Shown here piece after piece: positions 44,415-56,200 of a stretch of 64,000 nt of DNA (position 1 is its first letter; every line of letters starts with the position of its first letter). Position numbers and translations under genes: made by a program. The stretch covers positions 290,099 to 354,098 of the IMG/VR virus record IMGVR_UViG_3300043418_000072. One strand, given 5' to 3'. The notes under the pieces are model-generated. The model did not search any database and was not told where the DNA came from. It saw only the letters and a list, made by a program, of their open reading frames with translations.

Positions 44415-45640
44415 TATTGCTTTCTAATTTGCAGAGCAGAATCAACATCCTGCATACCAAATGTGCGCTCACATTCGTGACAGTCCCAGCACTGATTGCG
44501 ACATGTGCGCAAAATCTTTTCCAGTCGTTTACCCGGATCAGTTGCCCAAATTCCTGTGTACGGCTTATAGGTAGTTTTAAAGTCTTCTTTGGTATGTCGA
44601 GTGTCAATCCAACCAGGGATCCAGTTGTGCATTGGACCTGCGTTATTGTCAATTACTTCGTTAAAGTCGTCTGCATAAACAGTTTTCCCCACAAAGCTAA
44701 TACTTTGCTTAAACTTGTTAACATCGTCGTAGTACCAACATGCTTTCATGTATTTGGCATCTTCTGGTTTAAACATTGGAGCAGTTAGTCGCCCTGAATA
44801 TTTAAAAATATCCACTAGCTCTGCAAACTCTTTAAATGTATCTGCTTGCCCTGCTACTAAATTAATTCCGCTGCGTGGGAGAGCTGCAAAGTCTTGATGT
44901 TGTCTCCAGCCATTACAACTTAAATCTGCAATGCTTTTAAAATACTCAGTACCAATTACTTCACCAACACTGTCATGCTCTTTCTTAAACGGGCAGTGAT
45001 AGATACAAGCCTCAGCAACCAGCAAACTTGTCATTAACTTCTTCTGCGGATTGAGACTGTTTAAGTAATCCTGTGCCCTTTTGATGCGCTTTAGTTCGCG
45101 GATGTTACGGTTCAAACTACGATCTAATAGAATAGTATTGTAGCCCAAGTATGCGTAATCAATGAACTGCTGTGCGTCAGCTACAATTTGGTTCACTGTG
45201 CTTTTCCAACGCATGTCAGGGCAACGCTGTTGTAGGATACCCATGCGTAGGATATGTTCGCTGCTCATTGTGCAACTACGCAGGCCGCGATCGTAATAGC
45301 CGCCAATCCATTCTACAAATTGATCTCTTACTGATTGATCAAAAGCAACTTCGTGAGGCACTTCAACTGTATTAAATGTTAAGCTGATTTCGACACCGGT
45401 TTCTTCTTGTAGCTTGAACAAATAATCAATTTGCTCGTCGCTTGCTTCAACGCCCATTGGGTTGCCGCAGCGTTTTTGTTGACCATTGTATTCATAATAG
45501 AAGAATTTTCCAAAGTACACATCGTGCAAATTTGCCAAGTACTTTGGGTCGGCATTTTTCATTGTTTCATAAAATACGCCAGCGTGTTCACCATGAAATC
45601 GATCGTAATGTGCGACCGAAAACCGTTTATTGAAATCCAT
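44414..45640 (-). CDS. Peptidase U32-like Fe-S protein
   Basis: ILLDRSLNR, EACIYHCP, DIFKYSGR, C-terminal CxxxCxxCxxC. Confidence 0.6.
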   Translation of the reverse strand: MDFNKRFSVAHYDRFHGEHAGVFYETMKNADPKYLANLHDVYFGKFFYYEYNGQQKRCGNPMGVEASDEQIDYLFKLQEETGVEISLTFNTVEVPHEVAFDQSVRDQFVEWIGGYYDRGLRSCTMSSEHILRMGILQQRCPDMRWKSTVNQIVADAQQFIDYAYLGYNTILLDRSLNRNIRELKRIKRAQDYLNSLNPQKKLMTSLLVAEACIYHCPFKKEHDSVGEVIGTEYFKSIADLSCNGWRQHQDFAALPRSGINLVAGQADTFKEFAELVDIFKYSGRLTAPMFKPEDAKYMKACWYYDDVNKFKQSISFVGKTVYADDFNEVIDNNAGPMHNWIPGWIDTRHTKEDFKTTYKPYTGIWATDPGKRLEKILRTCRNQCWDCHECERTFGMQDVDSALQIRKQ

Positions 45641-45654
45641 AAATCACCTTAGGG

Positions 45655-46077
45655 TTAAATATTGCCCTGCATACCTGCTTGAATTGATTCCCAATGTCGC
45701 AAGTTCCACTCGTATACTGCTTGCGGATCATCTTTCGGAATCGCTGCTTTAACACTAGCAATGTGCGTTGCCCAGGGCCCACTATTACTTATCGTACCTG
45801 TAGCCTGTAGCTCTTTAAAAAGCATATCCATTTGGTTTCCTACTGGAGTATATGCAATACCTCTAGCAACCTGGTAAGCTGTTTCTGCAAAACCCGGCAG
45901 CTTAGTAATATCAAATTTGGTAATGGTACCATCTTCGTTGTATAAATCGTGTGTGGTTGTTCCATCGGGGACGTCAACCCATTGAAAATCTGTGTGTACT
46001 TCAAATTCTTCCCCAATTTCTCGAATTTCGCAAATTCGACCTTGTTCTGTGTTATGTAAAAGTGCTCGTAATGTCAT
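45655..46077 (-). CDS. Hypothetical protein (fibre assembly chaperone-like)
   Basis: Follows fibre genes; RGIAY...QMDML...W..HIASVKAAIPK. Confidence 0.55.
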   Translation of the reverse strand: MTLRALLHNTEQGRICEIREIGEEFEVHTDFQWVDVPDGTTTHDLYNEDGTITKFDITKLPGFAETAYQVARGIAYTPVGNQMDMLFKELQATGTISNSGPWATHIASVKAAIPKDDPQAVYEWNLRHWESIQAGMQGNI

Positions 46078-46094
46078 TTCATTTTTCCTTTTGA

Positions 46095-46814
46095 TTATCT
46101 ATAAGCGTAAACTATAACTAATCCAGCTTGTCCGTATTCACCAGCACTGTGGCCACGTGGGTGCTGGTATCCCCAATCTGTTACGTTGCCAGGGCCACCG
46201 GTGCCCGGGGCGCCAGTGGATATACCGTGTTGCACGTTCCATCCTAGGTTACTGTGATTTCGTATGTGCGCCTGTGCTCCGCCAAAATAGCTTGCGCCGC
46301 CTAGCGAGCTAAGTGATCCATGACCAACGCTGTTGGTGTGTCCCCAACCTCCGCCGCCTTGTACATGCACTGCTTGACCCGACGCACTATTACCACCATG
46401 GCCGCCGCTGTGGCTGTATTGTTGATTAGCCCCATATCCGCCGATAGCGCTCATATATGTACCAAAGCTGCTTGTACCGCCTTGACCTGCTGCTGAGTAG
46501 TAAGCAGCATAGCTGCCGCCGCCGCCCACTGTGACTGCAACCGATCCTACGCCACTTACGCCAAAAACGTTTTCTGCATAACACCCGGCGCCACCGCTTT
46601 CGCAATAGCCGGCTCCGCCGCCGCCGCCGCCGACTAATTTGACATGTACTACTGTTGCGCCGGGATTAGTCCACGTCCCACTTTGCCTAAATGCCTGGAT
46701 ATCAATTAAATCGCCGCGGTCCGACCCGTTGAGCGCGAGGCCACCATTTAATCGTGAAGTCTGCGTTGTTCCATTACTAAATGTAATGCCGCTTGCACCT
46801 AATGTTACTGCCAT
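46095..46814 (-). CDS. Glycine-rich fibre-tip / receptor-binding protein, paralog 3
   Basis: GGGGGGAGYCESGGAG core shared with neighbours. Confidence 0.7.
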   Translation of the reverse strand: MAVTLGASGITFSNGTTQTSRLNGGLALNGSDRGDLIDIQAFRQSGTWTNPGATVVHVKLVGGGGGGAGYCESGGAGCYAENVFGVSGVGSVAVTVGGGGSYAAYYSAAGQGGTSSFGTYMSAIGGYGANQQYSHSGGHGGNSASGQAVHVQGGGGWGHTNSVGHGSLSSLGGASYFGGAQAHIRNHSNLGWNVQHGISTGAPGTGGPGNVTDWGYQHPRGHSAGEYGQAGLVIVYAYR

Positions 46815-46823
46815 GTTTTATCC

Positions 46824-47480
46824 TTATGTGTATGCGATTATTACGCATACTCCAGCTGTGCCAGTGGTTCCGGCGCCGCCGTCATTTGTACGTCCACCAG
46901 TTGCGCCTGATCCCCATGCTGGTCCGTTATTTGTTGCAGTTGTGGAACCCCTATTGTATACACCAGTTCCACCAAAGAAACTGGCGCCACCACCTGCTGT
47001 TGCTGCATGACTTGCTGAATTTCCGTGGCCTGCACCTGTTCCGCCAACGGTTGACAGTTGTGCTCCACCAAAGCTGTTACCGCCATGTCCGCCGCCATGG
47101 CTGGAGTTATTATTTGCCCCGTGCCCACCCGAGGCCGACAACAATGACCCAAAGCTAGTTGTGCCACCTGAACCGGCCGCTGCATAATATCCAACGCCAC
47201 CACCTCCACCTCCAATTGTTACTGTATATGTTGCACCCGGAGAGACTGCGTATGTGCCTTCTGCGTAGCCGCCAGCACCACCGCTTTCACAGTAGCCAGC
47301 ACTGCCGCCACCACCTCCTTGTACCTGCACTAATAATCGAGTACAGTTAGCCGGAACGGTATATGTACCCGTTGATGTAAACATCTGAATACTAATCGGC
47401 TGACCTCTGTCAGAGTACGTTGTTGTTTGAGAAGATCCATCACTAAACGTAATGCCGCTTGCACCTAATGTAATTGCCAT
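46824..47480 (-). CDS. Glycine-rich fibre-tip protein, paralog 2
   Basis: MAITLGASGITFSDG; GGGGGSAGYCESGGAG. Confidence 0.7.
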   Translation of the reverse strand: MAITLGASGITFSDGSSQTTTYSDRGQPISIQMFTSTGTYTVPANCTRLLVQVQGGGGGSAGYCESGGAGGYAEGTYAVSPGATYTVTIGGGGGGVGYYAAAGSGGTTSFGSLLSASGGHGANNNSSHGGGHGGNSFGGAQLSTVGGTGAGHGNSASHAATAGGGASFFGGTGVYNRGSTTATNNGPAWGSGATGGRTNDGGAGTTGTAGVCVIIAYT

Positions 47481-47488
47481 ATTATTCC

Positions 47489-48148
47489 TTAAGAGTAAGC
47501 ATATACTACAATAATGCCGGCTGCTGCTGTTTTGCCGCTGCCGGCGTTACTAGTCGTTCCGCCACTGGCACCCGCGCCTGGTGCGCCTGGACCAATTTGT
47601 TCGCCACCGCTATGTCGTGTTCCCATGCCACCACCGTAGTATCCACTAACCCCTCGGGCGCCATATGCCCCGAATCCGTTTGTGTGGCCCACGCCGCCGC
47701 CGCCTGCGATTGTTATTTGGCCGCCTGAACCAGTTCCGCCATGTCCGCCAGTATGACTGTAGTTTGCGTTTGCTCCGTAGCCTCCAGTGGCCGTAACCAA
47801 TCCCGCAAAACTGCTGGTACCACCTGTGCCGCCTGCTGCGTAATATCCAACCCCGCCGCCACCGCCACCTACTGTAACTGCAAATGTCTGTCCAGGGCTT
47901 ATTGCATGAATTAATCGTTCTGCGTAACCGCCTGCGCCACCGCTCTCAAAATGTCCGGCGCCGCCACCGCCTGCGCCATGTACTTTAACCAATAGTTTCC
48001 TACACGGAGTTGGCGCAGTATATGTGCCGCTGGCTGTAAAAGTGGTAATAGAGACTAATTGACCATAGTCGTTGTTGGATGTAGGTGACCCGTTTTGTTT
48101 AGAGCCATCGCTGAATGTTAGTCCGCTGTTGTCAATTGATACTGCCAT
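47489..48148 (-). CDS. Glycine-rich fibre-tip protein, paralog 1
   Basis: GAGGGGAGHFESGGAG. Confidence 0.7.
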   Translation of the reverse strand: MAVSIDNSGLTFSDGSKQNGSPTSNNDYGQLVSITTFTASGTYTAPTPCRKLLVKVHGAGGGGAGHFESGGAGGYAERLIHAISPGQTFAVTVGGGGGGVGYYAAGGTGGTSSFAGLVTATGGYGANANYSHTGGHGGTGSGGQITIAGGGGVGHTNGFGAYGARGVSGYYGGGMGTRHSGGEQIGPGAPGAGASGGTTSNAGSGKTAAAGIIVVYAYS

Positions 48149-48151
48149 AGT

Positions 48152-49138
48152 TTATTTGAGTTGTTTCTTAATTGTATTTACTTCTTGACGCAATTCTTTA
48201 ATTGCTTCTACTAATAAAGGAACTAGTCGTTCGTACTGCACAGTTAAGTAGTTTTCTCCACTCTTGCTGTTGCCATTTACATCTCTGTCAAATGGTGCTA
48301 ACGCCACTGCTTCTGGTTGTACTCGTTGAACAGCTTGAGCACTTAGGGCAACCTGTTGTGTGGTATTGTTAAATCCAAGTTCCCTGGCTAGATCGTTTTC
48401 TACATACAAGAAGCCACTTAGTTGATCTACTTTATCTAGCGCATTTTCAATCTTACTAATCTTTGTCTTCAATCGTTCATCGGAATAATAAGCTGTAACT
48501 GTTGTGGTTGCAGTAATTGCACCAGTTACTGCAAGAGGAACAATTGAATATACCCCGTTTGTTGAAATTCCCAATGTCGCCCCAGCGGCCGAAGCGGTGC
48601 CGTTTGGATGAATACCAATTGTGTCTGCGCTACCAATGCCCGCAGTACCTTGAAAATAACTGATACCGTATGTTGACGCATTACCAAAATACCAAATTGG
48701 GTTCCTGGCCCCACTGAAGTATACTGCATTATTGAATCCGCTGTTACCACCTGATGTTACTGCACCACTGGCTGTAACTGTTGTTGCACTAACTGAGCCA
48801 CCACTTAGGTTAGTTGCAGTAGTTGCTGATGTTGCTGACGCGGCTGTTCCGCCAATGCTCAACCCAGCTGCTGTGCCAGTTAACCCAGTACCGGGTCCAC
48901 TTATTGCGCCTGACACAGTAAGAGTACTTGCCATGGAAATGGCGCCAGGGAATGTGCCTGCGCCAATATCTGCTGCGGTTAATGTAACTGCGCCCGTTCT
49001 ACCCGCAACGCTTTGCACAGGGCTAGCTGTAGCAACAGAACCTTGTGGATCCCATACGCCCATACCTGCATCATATACGTAGGTGACGTTGTTGTTTGTG
49101 TATGTTTGTCCGTTTGTGGGACTTACTGGAAAAGCCAT
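48152..49138 (-). CDS. Tail fibre with C-terminal S74 intramolecular chaperone
   Basis: AYYSDERLK...YERLVPLLVEAIKEL. Confidence 0.85.
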   Translation of the reverse strand: MAFPVSPTNGQTYTNNNVTYVYDAGMGVWDPQGSVATASPVQSVAGRTGAVTLTAADIGAGTFPGAISMASTLTVSGAISGPGTGLTGTAAGLSIGGTAASATSATTATNLSGGSVSATTVTASGAVTSGGNSGFNNAVYFSGARNPIWYFGNASTYGISYFQGTAGIGSADTIGIHPNGTASAAGATLGISTNGVYSIVPLAVTGAITATTTVTAYYSDERLKTKISKIENALDKVDQLSGFLYVENDLARELGFNNTTQQVALSAQAVQRVQPEAVALAPFDRDVNGNSKSGENYLTVQYERLVPLLVEAIKELRQEVNTIKKQLK

Positions 49139-52100
49139 TAAAATCTCCCTACTACTACTTCAATAGTAGCTATGTTGTTAGTTCTGTTTTCACCTAGTGC
49201 CTTACCAATAATGCAACCAGGTTTATATAGTGCAGTCTCCATTCTTTGAGCTACACCAGGAATACCAGATGTAACTAGAATATCACCTTTATTTACGATA
49301 CCAACTACTTTACACGGAACACGTCCGGTAAACGCAACCGGTAAACCAATTGCTTCGCTGTTCATTAAGTAAGCTGGGTTAGTAGAAATCACACCTGCTA
49401 CTCTAGTGTCATGTGACAAGTTAGTTGCTGTAATTTCTTCTTCGCCGCCGAACACAACCACTGTACCAGGCTCGTATGATTGATCACTTGCGTAGTTTTC
49501 TGCCAAGTCAGCGTATTTTGCGCTGCTCGCTAAACCAATGAAGTTAGCTGCTGTTAAGTTAGCCGATCCATCGCGCAATGCTAGTGTGTTAGCTGTTGCT
49601 GTAGTAGCTGCGTTAAATAATGCGCTGCTGATGTTTAGCCAGTTGTAGGTGCTACTTACGTTATCGTAAACATATTTGTACATAGTACCAGTGTTACCAC
49701 GGAACCATTCATCGCCCTGGATTGGGTTTGCCGGAGCGGTATTACCAGAGAAGTTGGTAATCAATGGTCTGCTCGAACGGGTTACGTTTCCAGTAAATGC
49801 ACCACCAGCAAAGGTTGGGCTTGCACTTGTTCTAATATCTTGCGGATCATTAATAGTAATAGTGCTGCCACTTGCTGTTGCAGTTACACCATTGGTACTC
49901 GCAAAAGTTAGCGTGCCGCTGCCAGCGACTGATCCTGTGCCACTTGTGCCAGCTAGCGAGAATCCAGATGAGGTAATGCTTGCAGTAGTTAACGCAGTAA
50001 CACGACCATACGCATCGGTTGTAATAACCGGAATAGTAGTTGTGCTACCCACTGTGGTTGCACCCGGGCCCGTTGTTGGCAAGGTTACTGCAACTGATCC
50101 AGTGGATGCCGAAACAGTTAGATTGCCTGCGCCCGAACTTGATAATGCAGTAACTCCGCTGTTTGTAACGGTTACAGTAGATCCAGAAATTGCAGTAGTG
50201 ATACCTGTGCCACCAGCAACAGTTAATGTGCCACCACCTGCTACTGTGCCTGACCCACTTGTGCCAGCTAAAGAAATAGTTGTGCTTACTGCGTTGCTAG
50301 TTACGCTGGTCACGCGGCCTTTGCTATCAACGGTGATAGTCGGGATGCTAGTTGCACTACCATATACGCCAGCGGTTACCCCACTTGCTGCTAGTGTTGC
50401 AGAGATTGATCCACTTAGTGATCCACTTGCTGTTACATCACCAGTTAATGTCAATGAGCTAGAGATAGCATTGGTTGTGATACTAGATACGCGACCTTTG
50501 CTGTCAACTACAATAGTAGGAATACTTGTTGCAGATCCGTAGTTACCGGCTGCTACACCAGTTGCTGTTAAGCTCAATCCTGCATTTGCACCGCTCGGAA
50601 TGTTAGCAGTAATATCGCTAGTGTTGGCTAACGTAGTCGATGTGAATGGGCTACCGTTCGCAAAGTTTAAACTGTTGGTATATACTCCGCCTGCATATAA
50701 ACTGCCACTTACACCAACGCCACCTGTTACACGTAATGCGCCGGTTGTGGTATTAGTTGCTGCTGTTCCTTGTTTCAGTGCTAGGTATCCGCCATTGCTT
50801 GCATTACCGTGGAAACGTGCAACTTCTGCGTTGGCAAAGAAACTGCCAGTTGCAACAACAATGTCTCCATAAGCCCCCGTATGATCTGTTGCTAATACCA
50901 AATTGCCGCCTAGTCCCGAATCGGCACCGGCACTAGCAAACAAATAACCATCATTGGCGTTAGTGATAGTATATGCAGGATCTGCAAACAAGTTGCCAGT
51001 GAAGCCCATGTCCATAAATCCAGTAACACCATCAGTGGTGTTGTTTGGATATGCCACAATATCTGCCGAGCCTGTAGCGTTTGTGTTGATCAATGCTGTT
51101 TGCACAAAGAACTGTCCTGCATCTAGTGCTTGACTTGATTGTGTGGCAATAATACTCGGGTTAGTTAATAGGGTGTTGCTAGCTTGGTAACCAAAGTATG
51201 CTGCGCCGTTTACGTTGATTGCTCCACTGATACCGACACCGCCCGTTACAACCAATGCACCCGAGTCCACTGTTGTGCTCGGAGTGATATCTAGAATGTT
51301 AATTGATCCAAGATCTAGTGTGTCGTAGATAAGGCCAGGATCTGTAAAATTGATAGTAGTTGCAGTTGGTTCACTAGCCACGTTACTAAACAATGTCCAG
51401 TGGTTATTATTATGGTTACGCACAAAACCAGTATGCGCATACACGTTAGATGCGCCACCAACAAAGTGACCGTAGAACCCGGTTTCAAAGTTATACGGGA
51501 ATGGACTTCCTTGGAAGTATACCATCGGGCTACTTGTGCTTAATGTACTGGTGCTGATCGCAATTAGGTTCGGCGTGTATACATTACCAACTACGTGAAG
51601 GTCACCGCCGATGTATTGTGTACCTCCGACCCCAACGCCGCCTGTTACAACCAATGCGCCGTTACCACTGCCTGTGCTAGTAGTATTGTCAGTGATAGTG
51701 GTTATACCAGTTACGCCCAATGTACCATTAACTTGTGCGGGACCGTTTGTAGTGATTCCCGCAAATTGCGGTGATGCTGTTGTGCGTAAATCTTGAGGAC
51801 TCGAAAGGCTTACGTTAGTTCCGCTTACGGCAGAAACAAATCCATTAGTGCTTGAGAATGTCAGTGACTGGCTCGCCAATGCTACTGCACCAGTACCTGT
51901 AGTACCAGCAATATCAAGAGTGGTGCTAATGCTTGCTGTGCTTAAAGCAGTTATGCGACCATACGCATCGGTTGTAATAACAGGGATAGCACTTGAGCTA
52001 CCAACTGTTGTTGCTCCGGGGCCTGTTGCCGGTAATGATAAAGTAATTGCACCAGTAGATGATGACACTGTTACATTGCCTGCGCCGCTGCTTGCCAGTG

Positions 52101-53181
52101 AAGTTACGCCAGCGTTGGTAATTGTGATTGCTTGTCCACTTGCGCTTGTGGTAATACCAGTTCCGCCTGTAATAGCAAGTGATTGGCTTGCCAATGCCAC
52201 TGTGCCTGTACCAGTTGTGCCACTAGTACTTAATGTGGTGCTAATACTTGCAGTAGTTAATGATGTTACACGACCATACGCATCAGTTGTGATAACAGGG
52301 ATAGCACTTGAGCTACCAACTGTTGTTGCTCCGGGGCCCGTTGCTGTTAATGCAATGCTTGCACCGCTAATTGTTAAGTTGCCCGTGCCACTGCTAGTGC
52401 TTACCACACGGTTGCCCGAATCGAATACCGACCCTGCGTATACCGCGCCACTAATACCTGCACCGCCTTGTACTACTAATGCACCAGTTGTGGTATTAGT
52501 ACTTGTTGTTCCGCTGGCCGCTACAATGTTTCCAATGTTAAATAGTATTCCGCCATTATTGATTGGGCCACCAGTATATAGTGCGCCACCAATGCCGGCT
52601 CCGCCAGCAACAGTCATTGCGCCAGTGGTAGTACTGGTACTCGATTGACTGTTTGATATAGTTACTGTACCAGCCGACGAGAGTGTGCCGCCAGACAGTG
52701 TTGCGTTAGTTATTGTAAGATTTGCGAATGTTACTGATCCTGTGGTTCGCAAATCTTGTTGATTAGAGATTGTCAACGTGCTACCACTTGCGACAACCGA
52801 TACGCCATTTGTACTCGCAAACGATAATGATCCGCCGCTAGTAACTGACCCTGTTCCGCCAGTGCCAATTAATCCAAATGTAGTAACGGCTGTGTTTGTA
52901 GTTACCGCAGTAAGTCGACCTTTGCTATCAACAACGATAGTCGGTACAAGAGTGGCAGAGCCGTAAATGCCAGCTGATACGCCAGTTGTGTTTAAACTTA
53001 ATCCAACTTCTGGGCCGACAGTTGCATTAGCCGAGATATCAGCAGTGTTACTAATACTTGTAACAATAGACGCACCATTAGTGAACAAGTGATGATCACT
53101 GTAAATTGATCCAGTTGTTGCATCGATGTTTGCTAGGCCAACTGTAAGCCCATTGTGTACTACAAAATTTCCGTTTGCCAT
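49138..53181 (-). CDS. Large repetitive virion fibre protein with C-terminal chaperone-like domain
   Basis: Repeats PVITTDAYGR (3x) and DSKGR (3x); YADLAENY...GRVPCKV. Confidence 0.8.
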   Translation of the reverse strand: MANGNFVVHNGLTVGLANIDATTGSIYSDHHLFTNGASIVTSISNTADISANATVGPEVGLSLNTTGVSAGIYGSATLVPTIVVDSKGRLTAVTTNTAVTTFGLIGTGGTGSVTSGGSLSFASTNGVSVVASGSTLTISNQQDLRTTGSVTFANLTITNATLSGGTLSSAGTVTISNSQSSTSTTTGAMTVAGGAGIGGALYTGGPINNGGILFNIGNIVAASGTTSTNTTTGALVVQGGAGISGAVYAGSVFDSGNRVVSTSSGTGNLTISGASIALTATGPGATTVGSSSAIPVITTDAYGRVTSLTTASISTTLSTSGTTGTGTVALASQSLAITGGTGITTSASGQAITITNAGVTSLASSGAGNVTVSSSTGAITLSLPATGPGATTVGSSSAIPVITTDAYGRITALSTASISTTLDIAGTTGTGAVALASQSLTFSSTNGFVSAVSGTNVSLSSPQDLRTTASPQFAGITTNGPAQVNGTLGVTGITTITDNTTSTGSGNGALVVTGGVGVGGTQYIGGDLHVVGNVYTPNLIAISTSTLSTSSPMVYFQGSPFPYNFETGFYGHFVGGASNVYAHTGFVRNHNNNHWTLFSNVASEPTATTINFTDPGLIYDTLDLGSINILDITPSTTVDSGALVVTGGVGISGAINVNGAAYFGYQASNTLLTNPSIIATQSSQALDAGQFFVQTALINTNATGSADIVAYPNNTTDGVTGFMDMGFTGNLFADPAYTITNANDGYLFASAGADSGLGGNLVLATDHTGAYGDIVVATGSFFANAEVARFHGNASNGGYLALKQGTAATNTTTGALRVTGGVGVSGSLYAGGVYTNSLNFANGSPFTSTTLANTSDITANIPSGANAGLSLTATGVAAGNYGSATSIPTIVVDSKGRVSSITTNAISSSLTLTGDVTASGSLSGSISATLAASGVTAGVYGSATSIPTITVDSKGRVTSVTSNAVSTTISLAGTSGSGTVAGGGTLTVAGGTGITTAISGSTVTVTNSGVTALSSSGAGNLTVSASTGSVAVTLPTTGPGATTVGSTTTIPVITTDAYGRVTALTTASITSSGFSLAGTSGTGSVAGSGTLTFASTNGVTATASGSTITINDPQDIRTSASPTFAGGAFTGNVTRSSRPLITNFSGNTAPANPIQGDEWFRGNTGTMYKYVYDNVSSTYNWLNISSALFNAATTATANTLALRDGSANLTAANFIGLASSAKYADLAENYASDQSYEPGTVVVFGGEEEITATNLSHDTRVAGVISTNPAYLMNSEAIGLPVAFTGRVPCKVVGIVNKGDILVTSGIPGVAQRMETALYKPGCIIGKALGENRTNNIATIEVVVGRF

Positions 53182-53223
53182 AGTTCCATATATCCCTGCT
53201 GGCGGTTAAAATAAATTATAAAT

Positions 53224-56200
53224 TTAAATTAACACATACTCCTTGCTTACGCGAACATTAGTGTTAGCGTTAGCGGCTATAAAGTTTACGTTAACATTAC
53301 CGCCACTTACTGTAGCCGATAAGACGCCAACGTTTCCATTTGTTTGCACAATACCATAAGTGGTAATTGTTGCTGTTGTTCCGTCATGGATAACTAATGC
53401 TTCCATAACTTGATGTTTTCCTGTTACTGTAGCTTGAATCAAATACTTTGCACTGCGGTATGCTGCAAGAGCAAACGCATCTACTAATGTTACTACGTTA
53501 ATACCAGTCACTGATGTTGGAGCTGCTTGTCCAACCCATGCACCGCTTAGGTCCATGGTTCGCTGCAAGGTTAGGCCAGTTGGTCCACTATAGAACTCAA
53601 TGCCCGATGTGTTATCTGTGCCAATAGCAACGTGACCATTGGAGCTAGATAACTGTGTAATTTCGTTAGTTGTTGTTAGCTTGCGAACGTCAATTACTGT
53701 GCCTGCACCCGGTGCAGTAGTAAATGTTAGGACGTTGGCAGTAATTGAGTAGGCTAACACTGGTAACTGTATGATACCGTTTATGCTAACAATACAGTTG
53801 TTGGTTGTCTGATTAGACGACAATGTAAAGTTTACTTGCGATCCGGTTCCGCTAAACTGCTGGTCACTAATTAAAGTGAACTGTGTACTTACTGTACTCC
53901 ATGCACCTTCACTACCACCAAAGTACTCAATAGCGTTTAGTGTAGTGTTGTATCGGAACATACCCGGTACGTCTGTACCACCTGTGTTTCCAGGGCGCTG
54001 ACCGCTTGTACCTGCTGGCAACATCATACTGTCGCTGCTGTTAATAAACAACTTAGCTCCACGAACTAAGGTACTAACTGTTGCAGTATTACCAATCAAG
54101 ACTTGATCGTATGTGCCATCTGGGCGAGCCCAAATTAGGTTGCTGCTGTTTACGCCAGCGACCTTAAAGTCCATCCCTGCTGTTTGGCTGCTGTTGATAG
54201 TAACTGCCTTACCAAGGACTGCATTGCCGGATACTAAGCCTGTGCCTGCTACCGAAAGGTTTGCTCCTACATAAACGTTTCCGCTTACACCAACACCGCC
54301 ACTTACACGCAATGCACCAGTTGAGGTACTTGTTGCGTCAGTACCTTGAGTTAACTGAAGGTAACCGCCGTTGCTGGTATTGCCATGGAATCTTGCAACT
54401 TCTGCAGATGTGTCAAAGCTACCAACCCCAATTACTACATCATTAAACGTACCAGCTTCACTTGTTGCTAGCACTAAGTTACCACCAAAGCCCAATTGTG
54501 GTCGAACAATTACATAACCATCATTTGGCTTAGTGATAGTATAGTTAGGGTCGTTAAACTCACTACCGGTCATACCCAAGTCTGACCAACCACCAGTGTC
54601 TGTACCGTTGTCACCATATGCAGAGAAGTCTGCTGAGCCAGTGCTAGTGGTATTCAACATATACATCTGTGCAAAATCCCCTACTGCATTAACTGCCGCA
54701 ATAGACGAGTTAGACAATGCTGTAGTCAACGATGCTTCACCTACGTTTAGTGTCCCTTTAACATACGCATCTCCACCAATAGCTGCGCCACCATTTGGAA
54801 TAATAAATGCAGCGTCGGTTGGGTTCAATAAAGGGGCAGTAGATGCAACAACTAGGTTACCAAGAGTGGTAGCTACCCCAGTGACCTCAATATTTGTAAA
54901 TTTAGCCGAGCTTGGGTCTGTTTGCCCAATGGCCATTGAGTTAATGCTACCACCAGTTAGTACTGCATTAGCTGTACTAAAGTTAGTTACGCTCAGGGTA
55001 TCAGCGTCTACTGTAACGCCAGTAATCAAGCCGCCAGTGATGTAGGCATTTGATGTAAAGAAATTGTTAGTTGCAACATCTGTAAGGTCGATTAGTGTAC
55101 CACCAATGATGTTTGCAGTGTTAGCTGAGAATGTACCAACGTGGAATGTAATTGCATTACCAGTAATTCCAGTAATTTCTCCGCCATCAAAGTTTACGTT
55201 ACCTGAGAAAATATTACCAGCCGCAATTCGGTCTACCGATATGTTACCAACAATAATGTTACCAGACTGAATTCTTACGTTCGATGCACTAAAGTTAGTG
55301 GCGTGCCAATAAGTTGCTGCACCTGTTACGCCAGTAATAGACCCACTTGTAATTGCCGCAGTACCGTTGAATGTACCAACAAAGGTTGATGCCTGGATTG
55401 TGTTTGTTCCTGGATTCATTGTGATACCAGGAGTAACAAATGCAGAGCTGTTACCAACGGTTGATCTATCAGTGAACATTGGGTAGAAGTTCGCTGTGTT
55501 AGTTGTATCTGTTACTTCAGAATACAAGCTAACGTTAGCTGTGCTTGCTGTACCAGTTAGTACACCAACAATATTTCCACTGCTAAAGTTATCAACATGG
55601 AATGTAGTTGCTGCACCAGTGATACCCGTAATTGATCCACCTGTAACTAATGCGTTACCGGTTGCGAAATTAGTTGCTTGTAAGTGACCAACACCTTGCA
55701 AGTTACCGCCACTGATTTGTGCATTACCTGTACTAAAGTTGGTCGCGGTTAAAGTAGTTGCTGCACCAGTGATGCCTGTAATCGATCCGCCAGTAGCTTG
55801 AATGTTACTGGTAGTAAACTGCCCAATTACCTGTTTGTTAAAGTTCCAGCTATCTGTAGCTGACGCATACACTAGGCTAGCTGCTGCTCCGTCGACTGTA
55901 ATGCCTGCGCCGTTTGCTGCTGCTGCACTGCCTGCACCTTTAGCCACAGTAATATTTAAATCTGTTACGTCCAATGTCTGCGACTGAATAGCAGTCATTG
56001 TACCTTGAACTGTTAGGTTACCAACAACTACTGCATCCGCACCAACATATAAATTGCCACCAATGCCTGCGCCGCCAGTTACAATTAGTGCGCCAGATCC
56101 GGTTGAGTTAGATGGTGTTACTGCGGTAACATTTACGCCACTTGCACTGAATATGCCAGTGTATGGGTTCATCTTAAATGCTGCCGATACGTATGCTGCG

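Noticed and set aside
46095-48148. Diversity-generating retroelement
   Set aside because: No reverse transcriptase and no near-identical TR/VR pair differing only at adenines
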